Positions 1-12,900 are shown, counted from the first letter of the stretch. The stretch is 64,000 nt of DNA from an uncultured virus (IMG/VR IMGVR_UViG_3300007759_000001) (IMGVR_UViG_3300007759_000001); one strand, 5' to 3'. A program made the numbers and translations. The notes: generated by a model not told the origin, from the letters alone.

Positions 1-227
1 CATCAACACAGTTGGAAGCGCTTTCTTCCGTTGTCATGACATGGGGCGATGTCGGTGTCCCACCCGGTAGTGGACATAAGCCCTCTTTCGATGAGCCACC
101 AGAGATACGCATCTTTCGTACCATCGACGCTTATCTCAGCGAATTCTGCGAAGTCCTAAACATTGATACAGATTTATTTGATGACGCCGAAACAGGCGAC
201 GGTCCCGGCGAAGAAGTTATCCATTAA
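1..227 (+). CDS. 3' part of a hypothetical acidic protein, probably starting left of the window
   Basis: Frame is open back to the window edge; stop overlaps the stop of the convergent giant gene. Confidence 0.45.
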   Translation, partial: STQLEALSSVVMTWGDVGVPPGSGHKPSFDEPPEIRIFRTIDAYLSEFCEVLNIDTDLFDDAETGDGPGEEVIH

Positions 228-3200
228 ACGCCAACCAGCATTGCCAAAACGTGACCGATCCAAGAACTGCTTCGATCTTCCGCTAAGGCATCCGCTAGCG
301 TATACTCCTGAGGTATTCCATTAGCATCTCTCTGCTGATCTTTGGGACGGTGTCCGGCACCAACCTTCCCTCCAAGCAAAAGTTCTACACCTGTAGAACT
401 TACCTCTATTCTTAGATCACCACGCCGTGACTTATAGGCTTTACCCATGTAAGGCAAAGAAAAGTGATCTTCAATAGCAGACTCACTACCCATACCAGTC
501 CTACCTAGAATTGTATTGAAGGTTCGCTTTCTAAACTTCGGAGATCTTGCTTCTGCCTCAGTAGCAGGAGTTTGCCTTCGCCGTGCAAACGCATCATCCT
601 GCAACAGCAAGAATACGTTTACGGACTGAATCCTGTGGACTATTTCATGACCACCATCTGTAATAGTGAAATCCTTTCTAGTGATATCTATAGCGCCGTC
701 ACTAGTGCCTACACCTTCAGGCATGGCAGCCTCAAGGCCAAGTGTTGTCTTACTACCAAACGAAGCACGGTCCAGATCTTGCTTATACAGAACAACTCTG
801 CCGGATGAATTGCTAAGGTCAATCCAATCATCTGGCAACAACAGGGCAGCGGCTGCCTCAATCTCATTGGCTGCTGCCTGCTGTTCTGAAGGATTCAATT
901 GATACTTTCGTCCCCGACTTGTTATAGGAGGCTCCCATTTTAACGATCCTCCGTCCGCTGCGGTGCCGAACGATACGGGCACATCTGTAATTACCCGGAA
1001 CTTTCTGATCAAGCCAGCAACGACTTCTGTCTCAGTCAACGGCATTTGAACATCAATAACTCCATCCAACGCCAAATGTCTGAGATCTCCCTCTTCAGCC
1101 GACTTAAACAGCGCTAACTTGACTCCAGCATCAAACATTTCTCTAGCGGATGCTTCGTCGGCTGCTCCAATCTTCCCAAAAAGTGCTGTCGCCATATCCC
1201 TATGGAGTCTTGCGCCCGGACCTGATCGGGATGCTGCTAATCCCGCTGTCGCGTGCTTCCTGTAACCCTTTGCCAAGTCAGCAGGAAGGCTCTTAAGATT
1301 ATTAACAAAAGTCGCTTCGTCAATAGCGCCGCTACTCAGTTGCCTAGCGTAAGCCTGAATTATACCCTGAATAAGCAAATCGGGATTATGGAGCATATTC
1401 TGCGGAACAAAACCAACATCAAGATCTTCAACTATGAGACGACCAATTTCGCCCATACCCTTACCAACATTCGGAGCGCCTATAGTTATCCGCAACAAGT
1501 CAGCACTATGCATACGACCGTACCCATCCGGCGACCAGAGATCGTCCATGAATGAATTTCGCGTATTCATGGCATCAATACCGGTAGGAGGACCACCCAT
1601 CGGCAGTATCAAATTCAGAAGGAAAGGATCAGCCGTACCGCCTAATTCTTCACTACCCATTCGTTTTATCTGACGATCCAATTCGGCTCTCATCGCCTCC
1701 CCAAGCGGAGCCGCAAAATTTACTTCTAGTTCTGACATTGCTTCGGCTACCTGTTCATCAGTAACCACTGTTCCATCTGCTTGCATCTTGTCCTGCATAC
1801 GTTTAACTGCCAACGCTACTATTCCCGAAGGAATGTCCCGATTGTCGAAGTCATCATAAAAGTCCATCCTTGACCAATTGGGATCGTAAGGAACATTACC
1901 CAGCATGTTTGTGTTTGGATTAAGTGCGTCTATTACTCTGCTCAAATCGGCTTGATCTAACTTGTCGAAAATATGGGCAGCAAGAATTTGTCTAGCCGAA
2001 ATATCGCCGGTAAACGCATGTTGCTCTTGAACGGAATGATCTATACCCCCCAACGTGCCAGACATATCCCTTCGTGCCAACAACTGAAACGTGGCTTCCT
2101 TCGCATTCAGGTACGACTGCTGCAAGGCAGAGATCTCCCTCTCTTCCGGCGTAGCATCATCCGGAAGTGGAGGCACAGTTACAGCAGACTTGCCGCGGTA
2201 CCCGTCAATCAATCCTTGTTCAAGTTTCGCTACTTCAGTATCTACGAAATGAAGGGCTAAATACTCTTTCTCTTCTGGAGAATAACCGTCCCAATCCCGC
2301 CTTATGGCTTCCTCTGCCTCAGCGACCTCCGGGGTCTTACCCTCTAAAGGGTCAGGAAGATCCGCCTCCGGCGAATCATCAACCGGATCAGGATCGGGAT
2401 CTAACAAGCCACGTTTCTGGGCCTCCGCGTACACATTCAAATACTTTTGATTATTTTCATAATGCTCATGGGATGGACCCCCGTCTTCCCTCGCCTTCGC
2501 TCCATCCTTATATTCATGTTCGGTCAGATACCGCAAGATTTCAGCATCATGCTCATGCCTCATAATTTCACGGTGAGTTCCGATCAAACCGCCGTCGTCC
2601 TCTAACAATTCTTCCCGTCTGAGCAAGTAGCCCAAAACTTGTTCGTCATCACCGGCAGCCATCGCTGCATGTATGTTCCAATCCAAACTATCCAGTTTGT
2701 CTTCCAACTCAGCGAAACGATCATCGGCTGGATCTGCCGCCTCATCCGCATCCGTCCACTCGCCATTCGGACCCGAACCACCTTCATCGGGCATACCGGT
2801 TCGGTCCGGTGTCTCGTCCTCTTCCGGAATTGGCCTCGCGCCAGACTCATCAATATCATCTTCTTCATCTTCTTCGTCCGGAGGCGGAGTCGTCATATCC
2901 CTTTCCATCTCCGCGTAAGGATCAATCAAATCCCCATCCGTTGGGCCTCCAGCATCCTCTTCGTCCTCGTCGGAATAATCAGGCTCTACTTCCGGCAGGA
3001 GAATTTCTTCGTCATCTTCTCCCTCTCCTTCATACTCGCGCTGTTCCGCCGCTTCCAACTCGTCTGTGCGTTCACGGGTACGTTCCCTTGTGCGCCGACT
3101 CCGTTGCGTTTCCCGACGATCCAATTCGGCTTCAAGCGCATCCATACGAGCCTCATCGGCGTCAGGATCCTCCATCAACTCGTCTAGTTCTTCCTGAAGA

Positions 3201-6200
3201 CTTTCATCATCGCGGAACCTCAGGCTTCTACTACGTTCACCCCTATTGGAATCTTCACGCCTAGCCGCCGCTTCCATACGACGTTCAACTTCGGCTTCAA
3301 GATCATTCAAACGATCCCTATCAAGATCATCCATGATTTCCGAATCACTAAGTTCGGCTATCTCATTAGCAAGATCTTCTTCAGAAAGACTGCTCGGAGG
3401 ATTGTTCTCATGTTCATCGACACGAACCTGACGTTCTTCGGCTTCTATCTCCGCTTCTCGGGCTGCTTCGGCTTCGGCTGCCTCTTCGGCTTCTCGTTCT
3501 TCCGCTTCACGGATGCGATCCTCCTCAGCATCCTCTTCAGCCTGCCGCTCGTCTAACGCATCCGACAGATCCCGTTCATCCTGTTCTCTTTCCCGTTCAC
3601 GCCTGTCCTGTTCGGCTGCCAACAACTCCCATCGCTGCCTAGCCTGTGCCCGCGCTTCCTCGTTGTAATCTTCATCTTCGGAAATATCAAACAGTTCAGA
3701 CATCTCTTCACCGATGTCCTCATCCCGCATCTCCGTAGGATCATCCTGCTCAGCAATACGATCCTCAATCTCTTCCTGATCACGATCTCTAGCATCCTGC
3801 TCTTCGCGCTCACTAAGCGCATCCTGCAAAACGTTGTAACGATCCATCGCCGCTTCAGACGAACCCCAATGCTCATTTAACTCATCTTCATCAGCCTCGT
3901 TAATGGCGTTGATTTCTTCAGCCATTTCCTCAGGAGTCATATCCCGTGGATCTCGCTGCTCTTCAATTAGTTCAGCCTGACGGGCTTCCTCCGCCGCTTC
4001 CGCTTCTGCCGCTTCTTGATCCTCTTGTTCATTTCGGGCTTTCTGCCGCCTGTCATCCTCCTCAGAAAGTTTGGTCAACCACGCCATTGCATCGTCGTCC
4101 AAATCCGATTCAGAATTCAGTTCATTGATTTCAGTTTGAAGTTCCTCATCGGAAAGACTTGCAGGATCAGTCTCGTACCATTCCAACCGCTCCTCGCGCT
4201 CCATGTCTTCAACATCTGCTTCTGTTCCAAACCGTTCGTCATACTCATTACCCAAAGCCTCTAAACGCGCCTCCTGATCCGGGGAGCGATCCTCAATATT
4301 CTCAAGATCATCTATATGGCGTTGAAGATCTTCATCGCTCATAAACCCGAATTCGTCATCTCCATAGGGATCAACGTCCCTTGGCGGCACCGTCCTAGTC
4401 GGACGCTCCCTCTCCTCACGCCTACGATCCAAAATCGCTTGAATTTCCCGATGCCGACGACCCTTAGCGCCACGCCACTCGCTCGTAGTCATATCGTACT
4501 TATACCTTTGAAGCGAGCGTTCTATTCCTTCTATAGTCCTCGTATCGTCAGTAGCAAGAGCAACATTGATCGCGGCGTCAATAGCATCATCGTCCCAAGC
4601 GAAGTCGCCTTCAATCCAACCCTCGTTATCGAAGAACGCATCGCCCGGAAGATCGTCGTCAGATTCTTCATATTCATCTAGATCTCTCTGCATCCCCGCT
4701 AATACTTCACGCCTAATCCGTTCGCTCTCCAGCCGTTCAAGTTCTGTCCTAATTGCCGAATCGTTGCCAACTGGATCCAAAGCAACCAGTTCTGCACGAC
4801 GACGTTGCAATTCCTCATCGGACGCACCTGTTATTCGTTCGTCACTCCAACGAAGACCCCGTGCCGCCCTAGCCTCATCCCTTTCCGCAAGACGCTCACG
4901 AATCCTCTCATTGAAAGCCTTCACCGCCTCTTCCGAACGTGGGTTGTCCACCATGTCCCGCGGGTAAAGATGTAGGGGCAGTACGCCCCCAACCGCTTGG
5001 TCTAAATCCTCTTCAGATACAGCGTCAGCGAGGGCGATCATCGCTTCCGGGCTGTTCCGCTCTTCCCTTTGCTGAACAAGACGACGACGATGCTCCTGCA
5101 ACGCCAAAGCAAACCGTTCAGGCCCATCATTTCTTGGGAACCTGTCCTCCAAATCATCAGCGTTCAGCGCTTCTCGCAGTTCAGCAAGTTCTTGAGCCAA
5201 GTCTTGATCACTCAATTCTGGCAGTACGGTATCCCTGTAATGTTCAATGCTTTCGATTACCTCATCGGGTAATTCAAACCCCGGTTCAACATCTGCCTCT
5301 GGATCATCCGGCTCTGGGCGGCGGGGTCGCGGACCCTCGCCCCGCAGCCAACGGTTATTACGCTCCTCATACAGCGCATCCAACTCCGCCTGATGTGCCG
5401 GTGACAAATCATCCAGAGACATGTCATCATTGATGTCTTGCAATGCCTCAATCCGAGCCTGTAACTCGTCGTCGGTCAAATCAGTCAACGGCTTCCCGGC
5501 CTCTGGAGCATCCGTTGGTGGCTTGGGATCAATTCGGGGTCGGGGTCGGTCGGGATCGCGATCCCCGCCATCGGGAATCGGCCTCAAACCTTCCTTCTCA
5601 ATAAACTGATCTACCTTGCCCTCACGCAACGCACGATTCCACCGCTTGCGATACTCAGGATCCTCTCTAAGTTTCCTGTGATGCTCTTCAATCGCAGAAG
5701 GCATCACACCCTTACCGTCTAATGCCTCCTCATCGAACTCCTTTTCCCTGTCATGATCAGGCTCATTACCGTTCTCGTCGCCAGCCGTCCGCCGGTTTCC
5801 CTCCATCTGAAGAGCCTTGCGAATAGCGCTCCTACCACGCGCCTTGTCACGGGAATTGCGATCCTCCCTCCCCCCCTTCATGCCCGTGAACGCTTCCATG
5901 AACGTGTCCCAGAATGAACGGAAAGGTCCGTCCATCGGCGCATCGCCGCGCTGCTTCTCTGCTTCGATCAGCCGCTCTTGACTTGCAGCATTAGCGGCGT
6001 TTTCCAAAGTTTCAATTAACTTGTCGTATTCTTCAGGAGCCTTACGCTCCCTGTCCTCTTCGCGCCTTTCCGCTGCACGACGCCGACGTTTACCTGCCCG
6101 ACGCAACCGGCGACGAGCCAACAGACCACGAAGTTTCGCCCGTCCACCCTGTGCTTTATCTCCGGGCTTGTAATCAACATCGTTGCCGTCTTTATCCACA

Positions 6201-6490
6201 ATCTTGGAGTTACCCGGAATGGCACGCAAGCCAGAAGAAAGAGCGCTACCCAACTTGCTCACCCAACGGGTACCAGCAGGACGCTCCCAGATTGTCCCCT
6301 CTTGAACTAGACCATCGCCATCAGCATCACGGGCATCGTTGTCATACGGAACCACCTTCGGAACGCGTCTGATTATGCTCCCTATCCCTTTTTCAAGAGG
6401 GATATGGTTTACATCATATAAACGAGCGCGAAAACCGACCTCGTTCAGACGGTATTCCGGATATCTCATGAATTGCCTTCCTCCATCCAA
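224..6490 (-). CDS. Giant acidic probable virion/head-associated protein (2088 aa) with C-terminal HExxH zincin-like domain
   Basis: Long ORF in head operon; N-terminal DARDADGDGLVQEGTIWERP module; many L(S/T)DEEL helical repeats; C-terminal GHEIVH...DHFSLPYMGKAY...EVSSTGVE. Confidence 0.8.
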   Translation of the reverse strand: MDGGRQFMRYPEYRLNEVGFRARLYDVNHIPLEKGIGSIIRRVPKVVPYDNDARDADGDGLVQEGTIWERPAGTRWVSKLGSALSSGLRAIPGNSKIVDKDGNDVDYKPGDKAQGGRAKLRGLLARRRLRRAGKRRRRAAERREEDRERKAPEEYDKLIETLENAANAASQERLIEAEKQRGDAPMDGPFRSFWDTFMEAFTGMKGGREDRNSRDKARGRSAIRKALQMEGNRRTAGDENGNEPDHDREKEFDEEALDGKGVMPSAIEEHHRKLREDPEYRKRWNRALREGKVDQFIEKEGLRPIPDGGDRDPDRPRPRIDPKPPTDAPEAGKPLTDLTDDELQARIEALQDINDDMSLDDLSPAHQAELDALYEERNNRWLRGEGPRPRRPEPDDPEADVEPGFELPDEVIESIEHYRDTVLPELSDQDLAQELAELREALNADDLEDRFPRNDGPERFALALQEHRRRLVQQREERNSPEAMIALADAVSEEDLDQAVGGVLPLHLYPRDMVDNPRSEEAVKAFNERIRERLAERDEARAARGLRWSDERITGASDEELQRRRAELVALDPVGNDSAIRTELERLESERIRREVLAGMQRDLDEYEESDDDLPGDAFFDNEGWIEGDFAWDDDAIDAAINVALATDDTRTIEGIERSLQRYKYDMTTSEWRGAKGRRHREIQAILDRRREERERPTRTVPPRDVDPYGDDEFGFMSDEDLQRHIDDLENIEDRSPDQEARLEALGNEYDERFGTEADVEDMEREERLEWYETDPASLSDEELQTEINELNSESDLDDDAMAWLTKLSEEDDRRQKARNEQEDQEAAEAEAAEEARQAELIEEQRDPRDMTPEEMAEEINAINEADEDELNEHWGSSEAAMDRYNVLQDALSEREEQDARDRDQEEIEDRIAEQDDPTEMRDEDIGEEMSELFDISEDEDYNEEARAQARQRWELLAAEQDRREREREQDERDLSDALDERQAEEDAEEDRIREAEEREAEEAAEAEAAREAEIEAEERQVRVDEHENNPPSSLSEEDLANEIAELSDSEIMDDLDRDRLNDLEAEVERRMEAAARREDSNRGERSRSLRFRDDESLQEELDELMEDPDADEARMDALEAELDRRETQRSRRTRERTRERTDELEAAEQREYEGEGEDDEEILLPEVEPDYSDEDEEDAGGPTDGDLIDPYAEMERDMTTPPPDEEDEEDDIDESGARPIPEEDETPDRTGMPDEGGSGPNGEWTDADEAADPADDRFAELEDKLDSLDWNIHAAMAAGDDEQVLGYLLRREELLEDDGGLIGTHREIMRHEHDAEILRYLTEHEYKDGAKAREDGGPSHEHYENNQKYLNVYAEAQKRGLLDPDPDPVDDSPEADLPDPLEGKTPEVAEAEEAIRRDWDGYSPEEKEYLALHFVDTEVAKLEQGLIDGYRGKSAVTVPPLPDDATPEEREISALQQSYLNAKEATFQLLARRDMSGTLGGIDHSVQEQHAFTGDISARQILAAHIFDKLDQADLSRVIDALNPNTNMLGNVPYDPNWSRMDFYDDFDNRDIPSGIVALAVKRMQDKMQADGTVVTDEQVAEAMSELEVNFAAPLGEAMRAELDRQIKRMGSEELGGTADPFLLNLILPMGGPPTGIDAMNTRNSFMDDLWSPDGYGRMHSADLLRITIGAPNVGKGMGEIGRLIVEDLDVGFVPQNMLHNPDLLIQGIIQAYARQLSSGAIDEATFVNNLKSLPADLAKGYRKHATAGLAASRSGPGARLHRDMATALFGKIGAADEASAREMFDAGVKLALFKSAEEGDLRHLALDGVIDVQMPLTETEVVAGLIRKFRVITDVPVSFGTAADGGSLKWEPPITSRGRKYQLNPSEQQAAANEIEAAAALLLPDDWIDLSNSSGRVVLYKQDLDRASFGSKTTLGLEAAMPEGVGTSDGAIDITRKDFTITDGGHEIVHRIQSVNVFLLLQDDAFARRRQTPATEAEARSPKFRKRTFNTILGRTGMGSESAIEDHFSLPYMGKAYKSRRGDLRIEVSSTGVELLLGGKVGAGHRPKDQQRDANGIPQEYTLADALAEDRSSSWIGHVLAMLVGV

Positions 6491-6711
6491 CTGACAGCAT
6501 CCGGATACAACGCTTTCAAATCTTCTGTTCCCCTATCCGTAGACAGGTGATAGCGCGACAGAATCAAAGCCTCTTCTTTATCTTCTTCTGGAGGAAGATC
6601 GGATAGAACATACTGAGACACCATTTCGACAATGCCCAACCGCTCCGGCGTATTGCGCGCCTCTATGTAGTTCTGCATCTTGCCAATCGTCTCTGCACTT
6701 ACATTACCCAT
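6466..6711 (-). CDS. Hypothetical protein (81 aa) between the two giant genes
   Basis: Overlaps both neighbours, same strand. Confidence 0.6.
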   Translation of the reverse strand: MGNVSAETIGKMQNYIEARNTPERLGIVEMVSQYVLSDLPPEEDKEEALILSRYHLSTDRGTEDLKALYPDAVSWMEEGNS

Positions 6712-6985
6712 CGCTATTCATCCACTTTTTTTTATACTCGTTGAGTATCTTTCTATCATCTGGATTATCTGTGTCTCCTAGTTTATGCGACCTCATGATG
6801 CCCGTAGAACCATGAATCAAAGCAGCCAATCTTTTTTCTTCATCAACGTCATAACTATCCATGGCTTCAACTAGTTGTGCTGCCATTCGTTCATTCCCGC
6901 CAATATCAAAATGATTATCGTTGTTCTCAACAATAATCGCAGGCTTAACTGAATGTTGGTAAGGAGTGATTAAAAATTTAGCCAT
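6704..6985 (-). CDS. Hypothetical protein (93 aa), coupled to the stop of the 2846-aa gene
   Basis: ATG at 6985 overlaps upstream TAA. Confidence 0.6.
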   Translation of the reverse strand: MAKFLITPYQHSVKPAIIVENNDNHFDIGGNERMAAQLVEAMDSYDVDEEKRLAALIHGSTGIMRSHKLGDTDNPDDRKILNEYKKKWMNSDG

Positions 6986-9900
6986 TAGAACGTCCGCTGC
7001 CCTTCCCCATACCATGGTTCTTCATCTTCATCATTTTCCAAAAGTTCCATCACTAGCATTTCTCCACCGGAAAGGGTGGCTAATGTCATCTCCAGATGGT
7101 TGCTAACGTTCGTCGCGTGAGTCTCCACATCGTCCGGCCCACGACGAGCAGCACCCATAGTTGACATGTCTCGCCCACCCAAAGCGTGGACTTCGGGAAG
7201 ATCCCCAAAGATTCTTTCCAAGTGAACATCTTTGATGTTTCTCATCTGATCATGGACTTCCTGAACTACTCCCCCCAACTCTGATTCGCTCAACTTGCCC
7301 TCCCTAACCGCCTGTCGCAATTCACTAAGCAATCCAAATCCGGGGAAACCGCTGCCTTCAGCCATATGCCCATCTATGTAACCACGAAGATCTGTTGTCG
7401 CTCCCCAAGCCCGCTGGAAGTCGATATTGGTCACGCCTGTCTGGTTTGTTCCGCCCGTGTATTCGCTCTGACCAACCAACAAGTTGCCGCCGTGCCTATC
7501 TCCCAGACCCATGCTGTAACCGATCAGTAAAGCCCTAAGGCGAGACTTCAACATTTCCGGTTCGTTGCGCTCCTCAAAACTCATATGTGCTAGAGGGATT
7601 TCAAGTCCGATATCCGCAGTTACATTATTGAACTCCATAACGATATAAGGATTACCCCGTGGGTCTTCTCCATCTACCATCACGCCACCGGTCGGATCTC
7701 CAAGCAATTGACTTATCTGTCGTCCAATAATCTCGTTGTATTGGCTGACATTTGCAATGCCTCCCCCGTCGCTTCCGGGCGTTTCAAATGCATAGTCCGG
7801 GCTTTTGATAATAAATCCTTGTTCCGTCCCCGGCTCACTATCGGACCTGCCGTCTGGATCCCTCTTAAGGAAAACATACGATGTACCAAAAGTGCCACCA
7901 CTGACGTTCGCGCCGGGATTGCCATCTTCGTCAACGGTCACCAGTCTGAAAAGTTTTGACTCGTCTTTTTCGTCTCCGCTGGAATTTTTCAACGCTGCTT
8001 CCAGAATCAACTCGCGAGGAACATCAGAGATATTTCCTCCATTACGAATATGTTCAGCAGCGGCTGCGGGCGTTTTGATGTCGCTATCTTCCATCGAAGT
8101 TGAAACCAACCCAGAACGACCCAGTTCGTCTGAAGTGCCAATCGTCAAGTTCGACCGCCCCCTCCTCAATCCCCTATACAAAGGAACTTCTGCTGGTCCT
8201 TCCTCTCCTCTGCCTCTCGCCCTACGCTCCGCTGCCCGATCCCGTCGTCGTGGAGAATCCGGCGTATCAACATCAGCATCCGGCGGACCACCCCTAATTT
8301 CATCAGCAGCCTCCGCCATAATCTTGCCGATAGGATCGTCCGACCCGACACCTAAATCTCCACCGCCGAAGAGTCCATTCGATGCCCACCAATTGCCATA
8401 AGCGTTTTTAAGCATCCCGGCTTCTAGGGGATCGTCTTTGTTAATCTTCTTGGATAGATCTTTTTCAATAGCATCAATATCCTTGTCTCTAGACAACACA
8501 TCTGTGCTAATACCAGAAGGACGATCATCAGTATGTGCAATGTCTTCCCAAGGATGTTTGCCGCCCCCTCGTAAAACATGATGAATCATTTGAAGAGTGA
8601 CAGGAGAGTCGTTTTCATTGGCGGAATGAATGTTGTAAAGCCTCTTCAAGTCTTCGTGCATTTGATCATTGCGAATCAAACCGGGCTTACGATCCGTCTC
8701 ATAGGCAATCAATTCTTTGAGGATGTTAGACATCGCTGTTTTAACCACAGTAGGGTCATTGAATCCCTGTATACCCCAAACCACCTTTCCATCATCAGCA
8801 GCAGTAACACCAATATATGAATCAGGTCCACCCAACTGGTTGACATGTATCCAAGTATTGCTGTTATAGAAGGTTGCGAAACCTTTTCCTCTAACACCGT
8901 ATGTTGAGTATGTATCAACAAACATTTCACTATTCTTAACATGAATCTTTGGCGGATTACCTCCCCTGCTTCTGTTGATCGTAATAACCCGATCAGTGTT
9001 ACCGCTCGCAACCCATTCGCCGCCCTTTACTGTTTGACCATTGCGATCCTCAATGTCTCTAGGGGCTTTAAATTCGATAGAAGCATTAAAACTGGCAGTG
9101 ATCTGTCCCCCAGTCTGCTGAATAGTTATATTCGGTATGTCATCATCATCATTCCCCCACTGGTTTCGCAGCCGCCACATGAAACTATCTGTTCCAGCAA
9201 ACTGATTGGCATCACCCAACGAAAACGCTGAAATAACCCACTTCTTGATAATTTCATCTTCTTCTGGAGTCGTACTACCCCTAGCCAAAATCTCATCTAC
9301 ATTGATACCCAACTCTTCAAAGGAACGAGGCATCGTCTCCGGCGGCTTGCCGCGACGCTCATATTCCTTTTTCACAACCTTGAGCCGCTTGTTCCAAATC
9401 CTGTCAACAATCTTCTGCAAGAACGTTTGTTCATCTTCGGGCACATCTACTTCGCCTTCACCCGGAACCGGATCAAACCTTCTTTCCATCGACGCATCTT
9501 CCAACGGTGCGGTAAGAGCCTTGCGTCGCCGTTCGTTTTCCGACTTCCGATCACTCAAAAATCGTTGAGTCAACTTCACAAGAATCTTGCGTTGACGACC
9601 ATGCCACGGCTCTCTATCACGATCCCTATTATTCAACTTGTTTAGTTCGTAACGGTTCATCATGCCGTCCCATACCGAAAGATTGTCCAACATCGCCGTC
9701 AAGTTCTCTTGGAAAACTTCCGGGTTGTCCATATCTTCACGATGAAACAACATGGCCTCAACTATGGCCGAAACTCGTTCAACCGGATCACGATTCCAAC
9801 CATGATCATTTTGCAGTTCAAGCAAAACTCCCTCAGGAATGTCGCCGTCATACACGCCAGCCAGCAATCCCTTTTCAATTCCTTCCCTAGTGAACATTTC

Positions 9901-12900
9901 CTCTGCCCCAAGTTCGGCATGTAGGAAGCCTTCCGGCCAATTTGCACTAGGTTCAATGAAGTCAGCAAACTTGAGATCTCCACCATTCTTTGCCCTAATC
10001 AGCAATATGGCATCACTCATTGCTTTTTCAAGTTCATGATCTTCAAAAGCATCAAAATAATCTTCGCCCAACCACTTATCTACCGCAGCAGACAAACTCC
10101 TAACAATCCGCTCATCCCGACCCGGACGAAGCGGATCATCGTGGTATGTGTCAGGATCAATATCAATCTCTGGATCGAACCTGTCGGGAGGCGCACTCAA
10201 GATTCGTTCTACCGAAGGCATCCCCCGAACCATTTGGGAGTTCAGGTCGCCACCTACACCGCTGCTACCGAAATCAGCCCTCGTTCCATCACCATATTCA
10301 ACAGACTCAACATCAACGGGATAACCCCGACTATTGCGAACCGATCCTAAATCCTTGCCGGGATTCTTCTCATGCCACGCAATTTGCAGGTTGTCGAAAC
10401 GAATCATGTCTTCGACTGGGATGACATCTGCGCCATCCCACCTTTCCTTAATCATCGCCATTTCGTCAATTAGTCCCTGTGAAGTGAAATCTTCAACTGG
10501 TATCGCCCCATCTGGGTAAAAGTGTCGTTCAACTCCTTCAGCACGACGCTTGCGCCTCAAGTCCGAATCCCCCGTCACCCGATACATGGGGAAAGATTCG
10601 CTATGTCCATCTTCAAATTGGACTACATAGAAGGGTCCGCGACCACCGCCACCCGGATCGCTGCGAACCACCGTGCCCCAGCGGTTTCCAATCTTGACCT
10701 CATCGCCCTGCCGATACCGAATCAGAACATCTTCACCGGGAAGATCCGAATCGTTTGGCGTCGGCACCAAGTTCTGTATCGGCTGACCGACAAGCGCAGG
10801 CGATACACCAGCATCCCTAACTTCTCTAGCCTCCGCTTCCTTTCGTTTCCGAATGTCCCTCAAACGTTCACGCCGCGCCATTGCCCTCTCATGCATCTCT
10901 TCAGCCCGAACCATCTCTTCGACAGAAGGCATCCCCCGAATCTGCTGATCCAAATCAAATATGCCACCCGCCGGAGAGCCTTCGTCATGCCATTCGTCTG
11001 GATCAATATCATCTGGATCGAAGTCTGCATCTCTGGCTTTTGCCTCCGCAATGCGACGTTCCCGAATGGCCTCCAAACGTTCACGCCTAGCCTTCACGCG
11101 CTCCTGTGCAGAAATTCCACTTATCCTGTCCTCTAGTGATTCCTGCCATTCGTTGACAACGGGAACACCCCGAACCGGTTCATTAAATATTTCTGCTGGA
11201 TCTACTTCTTCGCCCGCTTTGACTCGTCTCCGAATGTCCCTCAAACGTTCACGCCGCTCCTTCGCCCTCTCAAAAATCTCTTCAGATCGAACCATCTCAT
11301 TGACAGAGGGCATCCCCTGAATCATCCCTCTATCCAACACTATCGGTCGATCTAGTTCATCAAGCCTCGCTCGTATCGCCTCAAACCGTTCACGATGTAC
11401 ATCTGATACGCCCATCCAGTCTGTCTCTGCATATAACGCTTCGATTTCACCACTAATTTCATAAATCCTCGCTTCCTCCTCATCGGTCAACATCCAACGC
11501 TTATCGAAAAGTGCTTCACGTTCAGCAATCAATTCGTCATATTTGCGCCCGACTGCATTCCCGCCACCCTGAGATATCCGATCCCCGAATCGGCTATCCA
11601 TATAAACGCCAGACGTAATGTTGTACCCGTCCGCATCCAAATCCCAATACTTGTCGAAGAACACATCGTTCAACTCTGTAATAAGAGCGTCGATCTCCTC
11701 AATCCTCGCTGTCCAACTAATAACAGGCTCCTTGTCGCTCCCCAGACTCTGGAGCGTTTGCCCAAACATATTTCTTCGTGACCGACGTTGACCCATAAGC
11801 GCTTCGGGGTCGTCATAGAAGGAGTTTTCGACAATACCCCTAATTGTTGCTTTCCAATCTTCAGGAAAGTCCCTGATCGGCGTCTCAAGTCGTGCGTCAA
11901 CTTCCGGGTCTTCCCAGTCGAAAGCCTCCTCCAATTGACGGTTACCAGCATTTGAAAGCGCGTCGCCAAGATCTACAAGCGTGTAATCTTGCATATCTAC
12001 ATAGAAGCGTTCCAAAGTGCGCTCAAAGTCACGCTGGAACTCTGGATCATCATCCGGTTCGTAGTATCTATCGGAACTCGGCATCCCACGCAACGATTCC
12101 TGCCTAACACGGATTTCATCGAACCTTCTAGACACCCCTGCCGACCGGTCGTTCCTAGCCCTTGCCGCTTTCCTGCCCACCTCGCGGGTTTCAGGAGTCC
12201 TATCAGCATTGATTTCTCTGACCCGACGGGCAAAATCACGGACCCGTTGACGCCGCATCTCGCGCCGCAATTCGATCTCAGTGAAATCGGCTCGCGCTCC
12301 TTCCTCCCGATCCCTCAGCCTGATCGCTGCTTCTTGGCGCTCTCCGAACGTTTCAACCCGGCGACGAATCCGTTCCCGACGCTGATCACGAACCGCTTGT
12401 CGATCCAATTCTCGCTTAACACGGGCATCCGCACGGGCTTTACGTTCACGTTCCAAAATCTGGAAGTCGGCTCGCGCTCCTTCTCGCCGGTCCCTACGAC
12501 GAATTGCTTCCTCGTTCCGCTCCCTAAACCTTTCAGTTGCCTCTGCCAAACCACGGCCACGCTGCGCGCCACGCTCAGCGCGTCGCTGTCGTCTGGCTTC
12601 ACGCTCGCGTTCCAAAATGCCAAAGTCGGCTCGCGCACCTTGTTCACGATCCCGACGACGAATCGCTTCCTCGTTACGCTCCCTGAGCCTGTCTGCTGCG
12701 CCAGCCGCCCGACCGCGCTGCTCCCCCGGAGTCCTCTCGCTCCTCCTCGTTGGGCCGCGACGATCCCTGCGACGACTCTCACGTTCCCGATCCAACTTCC
12801 CAAAATCTGCCCTAGCGCCACGACGACGATCTTCGGCACGGATACCTTCTTCTCTGCGTTCACGGAAGCGTTCAGCCGCGGCAGCAGCACGCTCCGCAAT

